This document shows positions 40,999 through 50,493 of a stretch of 64,000 nucleotides of DNA, in pieces (the stretch's first letter is position 1; each line of letters opens with the position of its first letter). The DNA lies in the IMG/VR virus record IMGVR_UViG_3300031851_000010; one strand, 5' to 3'. This DNA is from an uncultured virus (IMG/VR IMGVR_UViG_3300031851_000010). Lineage: Duplodnaviria; Heunggongvirae; Uroviricota; Caudoviricetes. The position numbers were made by a program, and so were the translations under genes. Below the pieces are notes generated by a model. The model worked only from the letters and a program-made list of their open reading frames with translations. It made no database searches and was not told where the DNA came from.

Positions 40999-41916
40999 AT
41001 GTTATCATATATAGGAGGTAAAAGTAGAATAGGTAAATGGATAGTAGAGTACTATCCAAAAGATATGGAAGTCTATGTTGAGACATTCGGAGGGATGTTT
41101 TGGTGTTTTTATAACATGGACTTAGATTTGTATCCAAATTTAAAGAAAGTCGTTTACAATGACTTTAATCCACTCAACTACAATTTGTTTTTATGTATCC
41201 AAAACCCAACAGAATTACTTAAGGCTGTTGACAACATACCCTGTCAACAAAGAGGTGTTTTTCCAACACCACCTCAGTATAGAGAGTTATTTAATGAGAT
41301 ACAAAAGGAGATATTTGTAGATACGTATACCGTGAGTACTAAACCAAACTATGAATTAGCTGCTAAATACGCGTACATCCTTACTCAAGTTTTTAGTGGA
41401 AGTAAACCTGAAACTTCAAGTTATATTGACTTAAAAGGTAAATACAAATCAAAGTACCTTACTTTTAGGGATAAATTAAAGAATGAAAAATGGGTTAAAA
41501 AATTCTTAGCGGTAAGTCATATTGAAAATATGGACTTTGATGATGTTATTAAGAAATATGACTCCCCAACGACATATATTTACTTAGACCCACCTTATTG
41601 GAAGACTGAAAATTATTATTCTAATCATGATTTTGATAGAGATGACCATGAAAGGTTGGCTAACTCACTTAAAAATGTAAAAAGTAAATTTTCTTTATCT
41701 TACTATGATTTTGAATTATTACATACATGGTTTCCTAAGAATCAATATGTATGGGTTGAAAAAGACTTCGCTAAAGCAGCTGCAGCATCTAAAGGTAAAA
41801 AACAAAATAAAGGTACAGAACTTTTAATAATGAATTATGAAATACCTAACTTTACTAAATTTGAAGTATCTATAGATAATGAACACGAGAATAGTCAACT
41901 TAGTTTAGACATATAA
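40999..41916 (+). CDS. DNA adenine methyltransferase (Dam/D12 class)
   Basis: YIGGKS, ETFGG, YNDFN, YLDPPY. Confidence 0.85.
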   Translation: MLSYIGGKSRIGKWIVEYYPKDMEVYVETFGGMFWCFYNMDLDLYPNLKKVVYNDFNPLNYNLFLCIQNPTELLKAVDNIPCQQRGVFPTPPQYRELFNEIQKEIFVDTYTVSTKPNYELAAKYAYILTQVFSGSKPETSSYIDLKGKYKSKYLTFRDKLKNEKWVKKFLAVSHIENMDFDDVIKKYDSPTTYIYLDPPYWKTENYYSNHDFDRDDHERLANSLKNVKSKFSLSYYDFELLHTWFPKNQYVWVEKDFAKAAAASKGKKQNKGTELLIMNYEIPNFTKFEVSIDNEHENSQLSLDI

Positions 41917-41951
41917 CCCATATAAAAATAGAATATTTTTAATTTCTGATA

Positions 41952-41959
41952 TATTTATA
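41952..41959 (+). promoter_or_regulatory. Putative late promoter motif TATTTATA
   Basis: Upstream of ATG 41977. Confidence 0.5.
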
Positions 41960-41976
41960 AGAAAACAAATAGACTT

Positions 41977-43308
41977 ATGAAGTTTAATAACATTATAAAA
42001 AGTATTATAGTCGAGCAGGGTCGTTACGAGATTCTTAAGAAGACTTATACTCAACCTAAAAAGAAAGGTGAGAAAGTTAAGCCAGCAAAGATGTCACTTG
42101 AACAACTTAATAAAATGGTGATGACTGACCCAACCACTCGTAGAGATGGTGATAATATCAAAAAGGCGGGTAAATATGTAAATTGGATTATTAAACAATT
42201 TTTACAAATTGAACCGAACATTGAGGCGTCATATGGAACTCCACAATTTAAAAAAGAATTTAAAGAAAAAACAGATTTATTTTTTGAAGATTTATACAAA
42301 ACAACTGATGACCTTATTAAGTTTGATAGGTTCAAATCTCAAATTGATGATGAATTAAGAGATATTAATAAATTAACTATTGATAGTTTATTTAATACTG
42401 TTAAAGATTTTAGTTTAGAGAAAGCGAGTACCACTAAGGCTGAACGAAAAGAAATGAAAGTTCATCCGGGTGCTGAATTGGTATACTCAGGTAGTAAATA
42501 TGACGTTTACATGATTGAAGACCAAGGGGATTTAGGTAAAGAAGCGGCATGTTTTTATGGTGGTCAAAATAAAGAGACAAGATGGTGTACATCAGCACCT
42601 GGATTATCATACTTTAATACATACATTAAACAAGGACCACTTTATGTTTTAGTTGATAAGACCGATACGGAAGTGGGTGATATATCAGGGTTACCTAAAC
42701 ACAGGTACCAATTTCACTTCCCTAGTAACCAATTTATGGATGTTAATGATAGACAAATCAATTTAGTTGATTTTTTATTAGGTGAGGAAGAAGGTTTGAA
42801 ACAATTCTTTAAACCTGAGTTTATGAAAGGACTATCTAATGCTGATGGTACAGAAATTTCGGTAGAGTACCCTAGAGATGCTGCATCTAAATTTATTGCT
42901 TTATATGGTTTTGATAAGTTCTTTGACGATTTACCAAACAACTTAGGTAGATTAGACTTTATTAAAACAAGTGGTAGCAGTAGATACGGGCAGGAATCCG
43001 CAAAAGATTTAAATATAAAGATACCAAGTAGTATTGGTAGGTTTAAAAACATGTATGCTTTACACCTTGATGGAATATTAGATGAATTACCATCAGAAAT
43101 CTCAAATTTAGAGGACTTGATGTTCTTATCTTTACCTAATAATAAAAACTTAAAGTCATTACCAAAAGAGATGGCTGAAAAAAATGGTAATGATTATAAG
43201 ATGAAAAATTTAGCGGTTATTACATTGGCAGGGTCTAATCCTAATATTGAAATACCTGAAGAGGTTCAAAAAATGATTGAAGACAAAAATATTAAAGTTT
43301 TCAAATAA
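41977..43308 (+). CDS. Phage protein (TRWCT motif) with C-terminal leucine-rich repeats
   Basis: ETRWCTSA...GPLYV...RYQFHF; IPSSIGRFKNM, LPSEISNLEDLMFLSL, LKSLPKEM. Confidence 0.65.
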   Translation: MKFNNIIKSIIVEQGRYEILKKTYTQPKKKGEKVKPAKMSLEQLNKMVMTDPTTRRDGDNIKKAGKYVNWIIKQFLQIEPNIEASYGTPQFKKEFKEKTDLFFEDLYKTTDDLIKFDRFKSQIDDELRDINKLTIDSLFNTVKDFSLEKASTTKAERKEMKVHPGAELVYSGSKYDVYMIEDQGDLGKEAACFYGGQNKETRWCTSAPGLSYFNTYIKQGPLYVLVDKTDTEVGDISGLPKHRYQFHFPSNQFMDVNDRQINLVDFLLGEEEGLKQFFKPEFMKGLSNADGTEISVEYPRDAASKFIALYGFDKFFDDLPNNLGRLDFIKTSGSSRYGQESAKDLNIKIPSSIGRFKNMYALHLDGILDELPSEISNLEDLMFLSLPNNKNLKSLPKEMAEKNGNDYKMKNLAVITLAGSNPNIEIPEEVQKMIEDKNIKVFK

Positions 43309-43357
43309 GACTTGAAAACTCTTAAAATTTCGTGTAATTTTTATTTAAATCATTATT

Positions 43358-43645
43358 ATGTCAAACGTAGATATTGAAATATATTTTTCACAGTTTAAAA
43401 CCTTCTTTTTAGAAAATCCAACTGAACTTATAAAGTTAATTGGTAATGCATCTGAACGTGATTTTTTTAATGAGGTGTATAATACTATTCATGATAACCA
43501 CGATAGTGGTGATGAATTACAACTCACACACAAACAAATAATGGACATCGTTATCAAACTAAATAAAATTAAAGAAGTTGATAATTCATATTCTGATAGT
43601 CAAATATTTCAAAAAACTAAATTTGGAATGTTTTGTTTAAACTAA
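43358..43645 (+). CDS. Hypothetical protein
   Basis: 95 aa ORF. Confidence 0.6.
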   Translation: MSNVDIEIYFSQFKTFFLENPTELIKLIGNASERDFFNEVYNTIHDNHDSGDELQLTHKQIMDIVIKLNKIKEVDNSYSDSQIFQKTKFGMFCLN

Positions 43646-43722
43646 TAACCCCTATTTATCCCTTTATTTATTTGTTTAATGATTTATTTTCTAAATGAAA
43701 TAAACAACTAATTAATTAATCA

Positions 43723-45153
43723 GTGTATTTTAGAGATAATAATTATAGTGATGGTATTGACAAATTTATGGTCATTACTGTTGCTACAGAAGAAAACGAA
43801 GAATTAGTCCGTTTTAGGGAGTCTTGTCATCATCATGATATACCATATAAAATTTTAGGGTTAGGTCAAGAATGGACAGGTGGTGAAGCCAAAAATGGGG
43901 TCCTACTTAAACCAGGTGGTTCACAAAAAATAAATTTACTTAAAGAGGAGTTATCGGATTATCCTGATTTAGGTAATCATATTATACTTTTTACTGACTC
44001 ATATGATGTTATTATTAATGGTTCATCAGAAGAGATAGTTAGTAGGTTTAGAAAGATGGAATCACCTATAGTATTCTCAGCTGAAAAAACATGTTGGCCA
44101 GATGAAAGTTTAAAAGAGAGATACCCAAAATCTCCTACCAACTATAGGTATTTAAATTCAGGTGGTTTTATTGGTTACGGTGACCACATATCAAAATTAG
44201 TTAATAAAGTTTCGGTTAATAATGAATACGATGACCAGTTATATTATACTGAAAGGTTTTTTGAGGACCTAAAAGGTAATAAAGACACTATATTAGATTA
44301 TAACCAATTCTTATTTCAAACGATGAATGAATCTTTAGAAGATATTATTGTTGAGGGAGGTAATCTTAAAAATACTGTAACTAATGAGTCACCACTTATA
44401 ATTCATGCGAATGGTGGTAGTGTAGTAAAGAATACTTTAAATGATTACTATGAAAAAATATTTGATAAAAGGGTTATAAAATCTTTCACTCCTAATAATG
44501 ATAAAATCAAAAAATATACGAATGAATCTGATATATTAATTGGTTTATTTTTAGATGAGAAAGTGTCAGATATTAATCAAACTTTTGACCACATCAGGTT
44601 TTTGAATTACCCAAAAGATAAGACTTCATTTCACATAATTTATGGGGATAGTAAACATGATTACAAAGTTAATATGTTCAAAGAAAAGTATTCTGATATA
44701 TTTAAAAGTTTTAAAATAACACGTACCAATAGTAATAAAATTATATCAAGAAAGAATTTTCTTATTGAATCCTATGACGAGGCTGACTATGTCATTATGA
44801 TGGAGTCTAACCATATATTTAGAAATATTAAATCTATTCAACTACTAATTAATGAATGTAAGGGAATTATCGGACCAATGATTAATAAGGAGGGTAGTGA
44901 ATGGGTTAATTTTGAATCTAAAAATAAAAAAGATTATCAAAAATATATTAAGAAGGGTATTTGGGATGTTGATACAATATATGGTATTCATATAATAAAA
45001 AATGATTTAATACCATTTAGTGTTAGTTCGCTTTACATGGATAGTAAAAATTATAGTTACGATGATTGGGATATATTAATGTGTGATAACCTAAATAAAC
45101 AAGGTTATCAAATACAAATATCGAATACTAATTACTACGGAGGAATAATTTAA
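43723..45153 (+). CDS. PLOD/LH3-type collagen hydroxylysine glycosyltransferase (GT + accessory domain)
   Basis: VITVAT, LGLGQEWTGG, GGSQKI, FTDSYDV, FSAEKTCWPD, YLNSGGFIG, DDQLYYT, IHANG, then LNYPKDK accessory domain; colinear with the PLOD N-terminus. Confidence 0.85.
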   Translation: MYFRDNNYSDGIDKFMVITVATEENEELVRFRESCHHHDIPYKILGLGQEWTGGEAKNGVLLKPGGSQKINLLKEELSDYPDLGNHIILFTDSYDVIINGSSEEIVSRFRKMESPIVFSAEKTCWPDESLKERYPKSPTNYRYLNSGGFIGYGDHISKLVNKVSVNNEYDDQLYYTERFFEDLKGNKDTILDYNQFLFQTMNESLEDIIVEGGNLKNTVTNESPLIIHANGGSVVKNTLNDYYEKIFDKRVIKSFTPNNDKIKKYTNESDILIGLFLDEKVSDINQTFDHIRFLNYPKDKTSFHIIYGDSKHDYKVNMFKEKYSDIFKSFKITRTNSNKIISRKNFLIESYDEADYVIMMESNHIFRNIKSIQLLINECKGIIGPMINKEGSEWVNFESKNKKDYQKYIKKGIWDVDTIYGIHIIKNDLIPFSVSSLYMDSKNYSYDDWDILMCDNLNKQGYQIQISNTNYYGGII

Positions 45154-45166
45154 TTCCTCTTTTTTT
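45140..45166 (+). terminator. Intrinsic terminator overlapping the glycosyltransferase stop
   Basis: gaggaat-aattta-attcctc plus T-run. Confidence 0.6.
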
Positions 45167-45182
45167 ATTCCTTTATTTTAAC

Positions 45183-45190
45183 TACATTTG
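45183..45190 (+). promoter_or_regulatory. Bacteroidota-type -7 element TACATTTG
   Basis: Immediately upstream of GTG 45195. Confidence 0.45.
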
Positions 45191-45194
45191 TGTT

Positions 45195-46883
45195 GTGGAT
45201 AAAAAGACATTACATTATAAAAAAGTTATCGACACGTATTTGGTTACTAAATACCATACGTGTAATGAGATAGGTGATAATACTGTCATAGAATACGTTA
45301 AAAGATTAAATGAAAATAAATACGGGTATTGGAAAGAATTCGAAACTGATAAAGTTTCTGAGGAAGAATTCAAATCCAATTATGGTAATACGTCATCTAA
45401 GGTTAGTTCAGAAAAAGTAACAATAGTTGTTGAAGAGTATCCTAATAAAATTTCATGTAAGGTATATCAAACGGAAAGAATTAGACGAGTTGGGTCATCT
45501 TACTTCAGGGTTCGAAAATACCTTACCTACATAACATATAATTTTAAATATAATAATTTTTATTCGGGTACTATAAGTAAAAAAAATAAAAAAATATTAA
45601 GTAAAAAAGTTAGAGTTAACGACTTCACCGGTCATGTTTTCAGTTCTTTAAATTTAGAAATAAGGAGACATTTAAGAGATAACGAATTACGTAACAATAA
45701 CTTTTCTAAAAGAGTCCCTAAAGAAAACTCAAAACTTTCATGGCAGGTTACAAAGAAATATAGCGATAGGTGTGAGCACTCTAACGATATTATGGATATT
45801 TTTTTAAGTAGAATTAAAGAAAGATGTGGCGTCAATAAAGATATAAGAGGTAAAGATTATGAGGTTAAATTTTTCCAACTATATTTGGAGACCAATAAAT
45901 TTAAATACCCTAATAACTATAGAGAATATGTTCAGTTATCGATACCTAAAAAATTATTAAGAAAACAAACCAATTTAGTTTCTTTATATATGAATGTTAA
46001 TGAATTAAATGGTAGAAAAATTCGTAAGATTTTAAATGTCGGTCATGATTTAGATTTTGAAGTCTTAAATAAAGTGTATACTTTACTTGGTGTGGATTAC
46101 TTTAACAAAGTTAATAGTAGTGTATTTGTTAAAAGTAATCTTCATTTTTCCTCAAACTTTAAAGTTGAAAAAGTCAATTTAGAGACGAGTAATTTTCATA
46201 AACAAAATATTGTTAATGTTTTAAATGACGGATTAAACCTACATTCACTTATCGAACACTTTAACATGGTTAAAGAATTAGAAGATAAACACGGACATAA
46301 GTTTAAAGTTAAATTTAAAGATATTGAACAATTTAATAATGAACACTATGATGTGTCTGAACTACTACAATCGTATAGAAAAGGTGTGGTCACTAGATAT
46401 TATGGGGACGGAGTTGTAAGTTTAATTGAAGGTAGCGTTACCGATTTAGTTGGTGTTGAATATTACCCTAAAGTATTAATGACTACCAACGATTACAATG
46501 AAGAATCGCAAACTCAAAATAATTGCGTTAGAACTTATGTTGAAAACCCAAATAATATTATTATTTCATTGAGGGTTGGTAGTGAAGATAGTAAAGTACG
46601 GGCTACGATAGAATATCGATTTATCGGTAACACATTAAAAAGGGTACAATCACTTGGCGGTAAAAATAGTAAATTAACTACTATGTGGGACACAACGTTA
46701 GAGATTTTAGATGATAAGATAAATTCACTATATCGAAGTGATATATTAAAAACACCTGAACTTTCTAAAGTTTATAGAAGTGGTAGGGTTATAACCAGAA
46801 AGTCTAAATACGATGGAGTTATTCTTAGGTGGGATAATGAAGATGAAATTAATGACACAGTTAATATCGATTTACCATTTTAA
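45195..46883 (+). CDS. PcfJ-like domain protein
   Basis: C-terminal EESQTQNNCVRTY...IISLR...RATIEY...VQSLG..N. Confidence 0.65.
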   Translation: MDKKTLHYKKVIDTYLVTKYHTCNEIGDNTVIEYVKRLNENKYGYWKEFETDKVSEEEFKSNYGNTSSKVSSEKVTIVVEEYPNKISCKVYQTERIRRVGSSYFRVRKYLTYITYNFKYNNFYSGTISKKNKKILSKKVRVNDFTGHVFSSLNLEIRRHLRDNELRNNNFSKRVPKENSKLSWQVTKKYSDRCEHSNDIMDIFLSRIKERCGVNKDIRGKDYEVKFFQLYLETNKFKYPNNYREYVQLSIPKKLLRKQTNLVSLYMNVNELNGRKIRKILNVGHDLDFEVLNKVYTLLGVDYFNKVNSSVFVKSNLHFSSNFKVEKVNLETSNFHKQNIVNVLNDGLNLHSLIEHFNMVKELEDKHGHKFKVKFKDIEQFNNEHYDVSELLQSYRKGVVTRYYGDGVVSLIEGSVTDLVGVEYYPKVLMTTNDYNEESQTQNNCVRTYVENPNNIIISLRVGSEDSKVRATIEYRFIGNTLKRVQSLGGKNSKLTTMWDTTLEILDDKINSLYRSDILKTPELSKVYRSGRVITRKSKYDGVILRWDNEDEINDTVNIDLPF

Positions 46884-46896
46884 GGTAAAAAAAATT

Positions 46897-46924
46897 AAGA
46901 GGTAGGTTGACTACCTCTTTTTTT
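46897..46924 (+). terminator. Intrinsic terminator
   Basis: aagaggtag-gttga-ctacctctt plus T-run. Confidence 0.8.
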
Positions 46925-46935
46925 ATGATTATAAT
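46907..46935 (+). promoter_or_regulatory. Sigma70-like promoter TTGACT-N17-TATAAT overlapping the terminator
   Basis: TTGACT 46907-46912, TATAAT 46930-46935. Confidence 0.4.
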
Positions 46936-46969
46936 TTAGTGAGTTAAATTAAATCTAATAAATAAAAAT

Positions 46970-47344
46970 ATGTCAGAAAAAATTTATGTCCGTAAAATTG
47001 AGACTTGGACAATCTCATCAGCAAGTAAACCTATTGAGGTTAACGTAGATGCATTAAGAAAGTGTGTACCACCATATGAAGGTGATTCAGAACAAGAATT
47101 GGTAAACTATCTACAAAACGAAGTGTGGAATGAATACGAATTCTATGAGAATGAAACTAATAAAGAAGTTTATGGTGAGGATGCCGTATATGATTTATGT
47201 ATGGAAGAAGCTTATGTTGAAAATGAGTTCTTCGATTCTCGTACTAAGGGATGTGATGAATCTATTCAAGTAGGTGTACCAAATGAAGAGTGGACAAAGA
47301 CCGGTGGATTTCAAGCATTGGCATACGGAGAAAACGAATATTAA
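46970..47344 (+). CDS. Hypothetical acidic protein
   Basis: 124 aa ORF. Confidence 0.65.
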   Translation: MSEKIYVRKIETWTISSASKPIEVNVDALRKCVPPYEGDSEQELVNYLQNEVWNEYEFYENETNKEVYGEDAVYDLCMEEAYVENEFFDSRTKGCDESIQVGVPNEEWTKTGGFQALAYGENEY

Positions 47345-47348
47345 AAAA

Positions 47349-47537
47349 ATGATAAAAATGAAAAAGATAAGTAAATTTTTTCAGAGCTGGTACCCAGTAA
47401 TCTTTGCATTTATGTGTCTACTATATTCGGTAGGTTTAGGATTGGCTGGTTACACAGAAGAGGCCCAATACTCAGCGCATTGGCCAGGAACTATCCTCCT
47501 ATTTGCGATAGTAATCAGACAAAGACGTACAACATGA
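47349..47537 (+). CDS. Small membrane protein
   Basis: Two hydrophobic segments; start 47349 or 47358. Confidence 0.55.
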   Translation: MIKMKKISKFFQSWYPVIFAFMCLLYSVGLGLAGYTEEAQYSAHWPGTILLFAIVIRQRRTT

Positions 47538-47812
47538 ATTTAGCATTCTTTATAGTTGGTGGAGTTATTTTTGGGGCTTATATCTACTTTACAATTTGGA
47601 ATATATTCTACGGGGCTAGAAAACAAAGAGAAGAAAACTACCCTAATTATTACGATAGACATGGTCAAATGGTAGAACCTAAGGGGGATGAAATGGACAT
47701 GGACGGAATGGGTAACTTTAGTCGGTTTCCTAATACTAAGTCAACTAATAAACATAGGGTAAATAAAATGGATAGAGATTGGAAAAGTCGCCGAAAAGAA
47801 AAGGTGAGCTAA
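47534..47812 (+). CDS. Small membrane-anchored protein
   Basis: ATGA overlap; N-terminal TM. Confidence 0.55.
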   Translation: MNLAFFIVGGVIFGAYIYFTIWNIFYGARKQREENYPNYYDRHGQMVEPKGDEMDMDGMGNFSRFPNTKSTNKHRVNKMDRDWKSRRKEKVS

Positions 47813-47857
47813 AATGTCTAAACAAGAATAAACGAATAATAATAAATAAAAAAGAAA

Positions 47858-48061
47858 ATGGCAAAACTAAGAAGAAAAGTGATTATCACAACAGTTCGTT
47901 GGGAAGACACAGAAGAATTAACAGAGGACCAAGTTAAGAGATGGAAAAGTGGAGATGATGACCTCCAAGATGAAGTTCATGATGAAGTAGTGGATGATTT
48001 TGATTTGGTAAGAGATAAAGTATTAGAGGACACCGAGTGGCCTGAATTAATAGAAGAATAA
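47858..48061 (+). CDS. Hypothetical acidic protein
   Basis: 67 aa ORF. Confidence 0.6.
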   Translation: MAKLRRKVIITTVRWEDTEELTEDQVKRWKSGDDDLQDEVHDEVVDDFDLVRDKVLEDTEWPELIEE

Positions 48062-48065
48062 AGAT

Positions 48066-48665
48066 ATGGCAAATAATTTAAAAAGTTTTGTTACCATTAA
48101 AGGTAACGATGAGTCAATTAAACTAATTGATTCAATGGTAGATAATGTTAATAATAATGATAGTGACAGTCCTATTACCGCATTCGCAACAGCATTTTAT
48201 AATGATGTTGAATTAACTGAAGACCGTAGTGTCTTAAACACATGGTCTAATGAAAATTTAGGTTCTAAATGGACCACATTGTATGATGTTCAAAACGATG
48301 GGGAGTTTTCTATTGAATCTGCTTGGTATCCACCAAAACAATTTTTCATCCATCTATATAACCTGTGTGTTACATTAGATGAGAATGTAGAAATTGAAGT
48401 GACATACGAAGATGAAACTTACAGTCCGATTGGTGCAATTGTGATTAAAAAAGATAGAGATGGTACACCATGTATTTGGGAAGAAGAAGACAATGATATT
48501 GAAAATCCGCTTGAGGATATGGATTGGGATGATGAAAAGTACGATGATGTATCTCAAGAATTCTATGAGAGTCTATATGAAAATCAACAATCTCTATTGG
48601 GGTTATGTCACGAGTTAGTAATAACTGATGGTGAACCAATTGAAGAATTAACAGAAACAGAATAA
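48066..48665 (+). CDS. YubB/DUF1281 ferredoxin-like domain protein
   Basis: WSNENLGSKW and IESAWYPP resemble W...NWGTKW / F.TAW.PP. Confidence 0.5.
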   Translation: MANNLKSFVTIKGNDESIKLIDSMVDNVNNNDSDSPITAFATAFYNDVELTEDRSVLNTWSNENLGSKWTTLYDVQNDGEFSIESAWYPPKQFFIHLYNLCVTLDENVEIEVTYEDETYSPIGAIVIKKDRDGTPCIWEEEDNDIENPLEDMDWDDEKYDDVSQEFYESLYENQQSLLGLCHELVITDGEPIEELTETE

Positions 48666-48666
48666 T

Positions 48667-49803
48667 ATGAAGATAAAGTTAGAATATATATGGTTGGACG
48701 GGTATAGTCCTGAACCAAACCTAAGAAGTAAGGTAAAAGTAGTAGACGCTAAATTACATGAAGTAAAAGGTAAGAAATTACATGGAGTTTCATTAAATGA
48801 TTGCCCTCAATGGGGATTTGATGGTTCTTCCACTAAACAAGCTGAAGGTAATTTTTCGGACTGTACTTTAAATCCTGTTAGGTTATATCCTAACCCACTT
48901 AATAAAGGTGTGTTGGATTCTTATCTTGTTTTTTGTGAGGTACTCAATCCTGACGGCTCACCACACGACTCAAACACGAGAGCACTAATAGGTGATGAAA
49001 ACGAAACTAATTTATGGTTTGGATTTGAACAAGAATATACTATTATGAAAGATGGAAAACCGATTGGTTTCCCTAAAGATGGTTTTCCTGAACCACAAGG
49101 TAAATACTATTGTGGTGTGGGTAATGGTCAAGTTAATGGTAGACTTTTTGTTGAGCAACATATGGAAAATTGTATCATGGCGGGAATTGAGGTTACAGGT
49201 ACAAATGCTGAGGTAATGTTAGGTCAATGGGAATATCAAGTACTAGGTAAAGGTAAATTAAAGTCAGGTGATGACTTGTGGATATCAAGATACATATTAA
49301 ATCAAATGTCTGAGGACTATGGATTTAATATTGAATATCACCCTAAACCTGTTACTGGTGATTGGAATGGTTCTGGATTACATTGTAATTTCTCAAATAC
49401 AAAAATGAGAGAAGAAGGTGGAAAGCAATATTTTGATGCTATATTTAAGACGTTTGAATCGAGACATATGGAACATATTAAGTGTTATGGTTCGTCTAAT
49501 GATATGAGATTAACCGGTGACCACGAAACACAATCAATTCATAAATTTAGTTGGGGTGTTTCTGACCGAGGAGCGTCAATTAGAGTCCCAATATCGACTG
49601 AAAAAGAATGGAAAGGATATGTTGAAGATAGAAGACCAGCATCAAATGCTGACCCTTACCGAATAATTAATATTATTGATGAATCTATTAACCACGCGGA
49701 AGAGTTGTATAAAACTCTACACAATATGTATAGTGATGTAAAAGTAAGTGATGAAGTTAAAGAAATGGTTTTGACTGAACCGTTAGATAGGGATGTTGAG
49801 TAA
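48667..49803 (+). CDS. glnA: Glutamine synthetase type II
   Basis: LEYIWLDG, FDGSST, GFEQEY, NAEVMLGQWEYQ, GDWNGSGLH, RLTGDHET, EDRRPASNADPY. Confidence 0.92.
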   Translation: MKIKLEYIWLDGYSPEPNLRSKVKVVDAKLHEVKGKKLHGVSLNDCPQWGFDGSSTKQAEGNFSDCTLNPVRLYPNPLNKGVLDSYLVFCEVLNPDGSPHDSNTRALIGDENETNLWFGFEQEYTIMKDGKPIGFPKDGFPEPQGKYYCGVGNGQVNGRLFVEQHMENCIMAGIEVTGTNAEVMLGQWEYQVLGKGKLKSGDDLWISRYILNQMSEDYGFNIEYHPKPVTGDWNGSGLHCNFSNTKMREEGGKQYFDAIFKTFESRHMEHIKCYGSSNDMRLTGDHETQSIHKFSWGVSDRGASIRVPISTEKEWKGYVEDRRPASNADPYRIINIIDESINHAEELYKTLHNMYSDVKVSDEVKEMVLTEPLDRDVE

Positions 49804-50171
49804 TGGAAAATAATAACCAAAATAATAAAGAAGAGTATCTTTTACCTAAAGAAGTATTAACTCACGTTAATAATCTAATTGGTAAAGGTGCTCATACTTT
49901 ATCAACAGTTATTGAAACTGAGTTTTACACTCATGAGGCTTTAAACCGAATGTTAGAAAAAAATGAGATTATTTGGTCACACAAATTATTTAATGGTGGT
50001 CAAGTAATATTAAAGGAAGGACTTATAAGGTTTTCGGAAACTTTTAATTACTTATATTTCATTAAAAGGAAGGACGAAAATACTTATAAGTTCTATACGA
50101 TTTGTAAAGAAGAATCATCAGACGGTATGATTTTCTTTTTAAGAAGTTATAAAAATTTAAAAACAATATAA
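49803..50171 (+). CDS. Hypothetical protein
   Basis: 122 aa ORF. Confidence 0.6.
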   Translation: MENNNQNNKEEYLLPKEVLTHVNNLIGKGAHTLSTVIETEFYTHEALNRMLEKNEIIWSHKLFNGGQVILKEGLIRFSETFNYLYFIKRKDENTYKFYTICKEESSDGMIFFLRSYKNLKTI

Positions 50172-50172
50172 G

Positions 50173-50493
50173 ATGAGAATATTAAACTCGGAAGAATTAC
50201 AGGAAAAAATTAATAGTGGTGAAAAATTTATAGTAGATATGTATGCTGATTGGTGTGGACCATGTAGAATGTTATCAAGAATAATTGAAAGTGTAGATAA
50301 GAAAATGACAAGTGAAGGTCATCAAGTTAATCTATATAAATTTAACATTGAGTCTGATAATCAAATGTCTGCAAAATTAGGTGTTCGTTCAATACCTGCA
50401 TTGTTGGCTTTCAACGAAGGTAAAAATGTTGAAACAAAAATAGGTTTAGTTCAAGAGAATCAAATAATTGAAATGGCAAACAATATATTGTAG
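50173..50493 (+). CDS. trxA: Thioredoxin
   Basis: WCGPC, VRSIP. Confidence 0.9.
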   Translation: MRILNSEELQEKINSGEKFIVDMYADWCGPCRMLSRIIESVDKKMTSEGHQVNLYKFNIESDNQMSAKLGVRSIPALLAFNEGKNVETKIGLVQENQIIEMANNIL

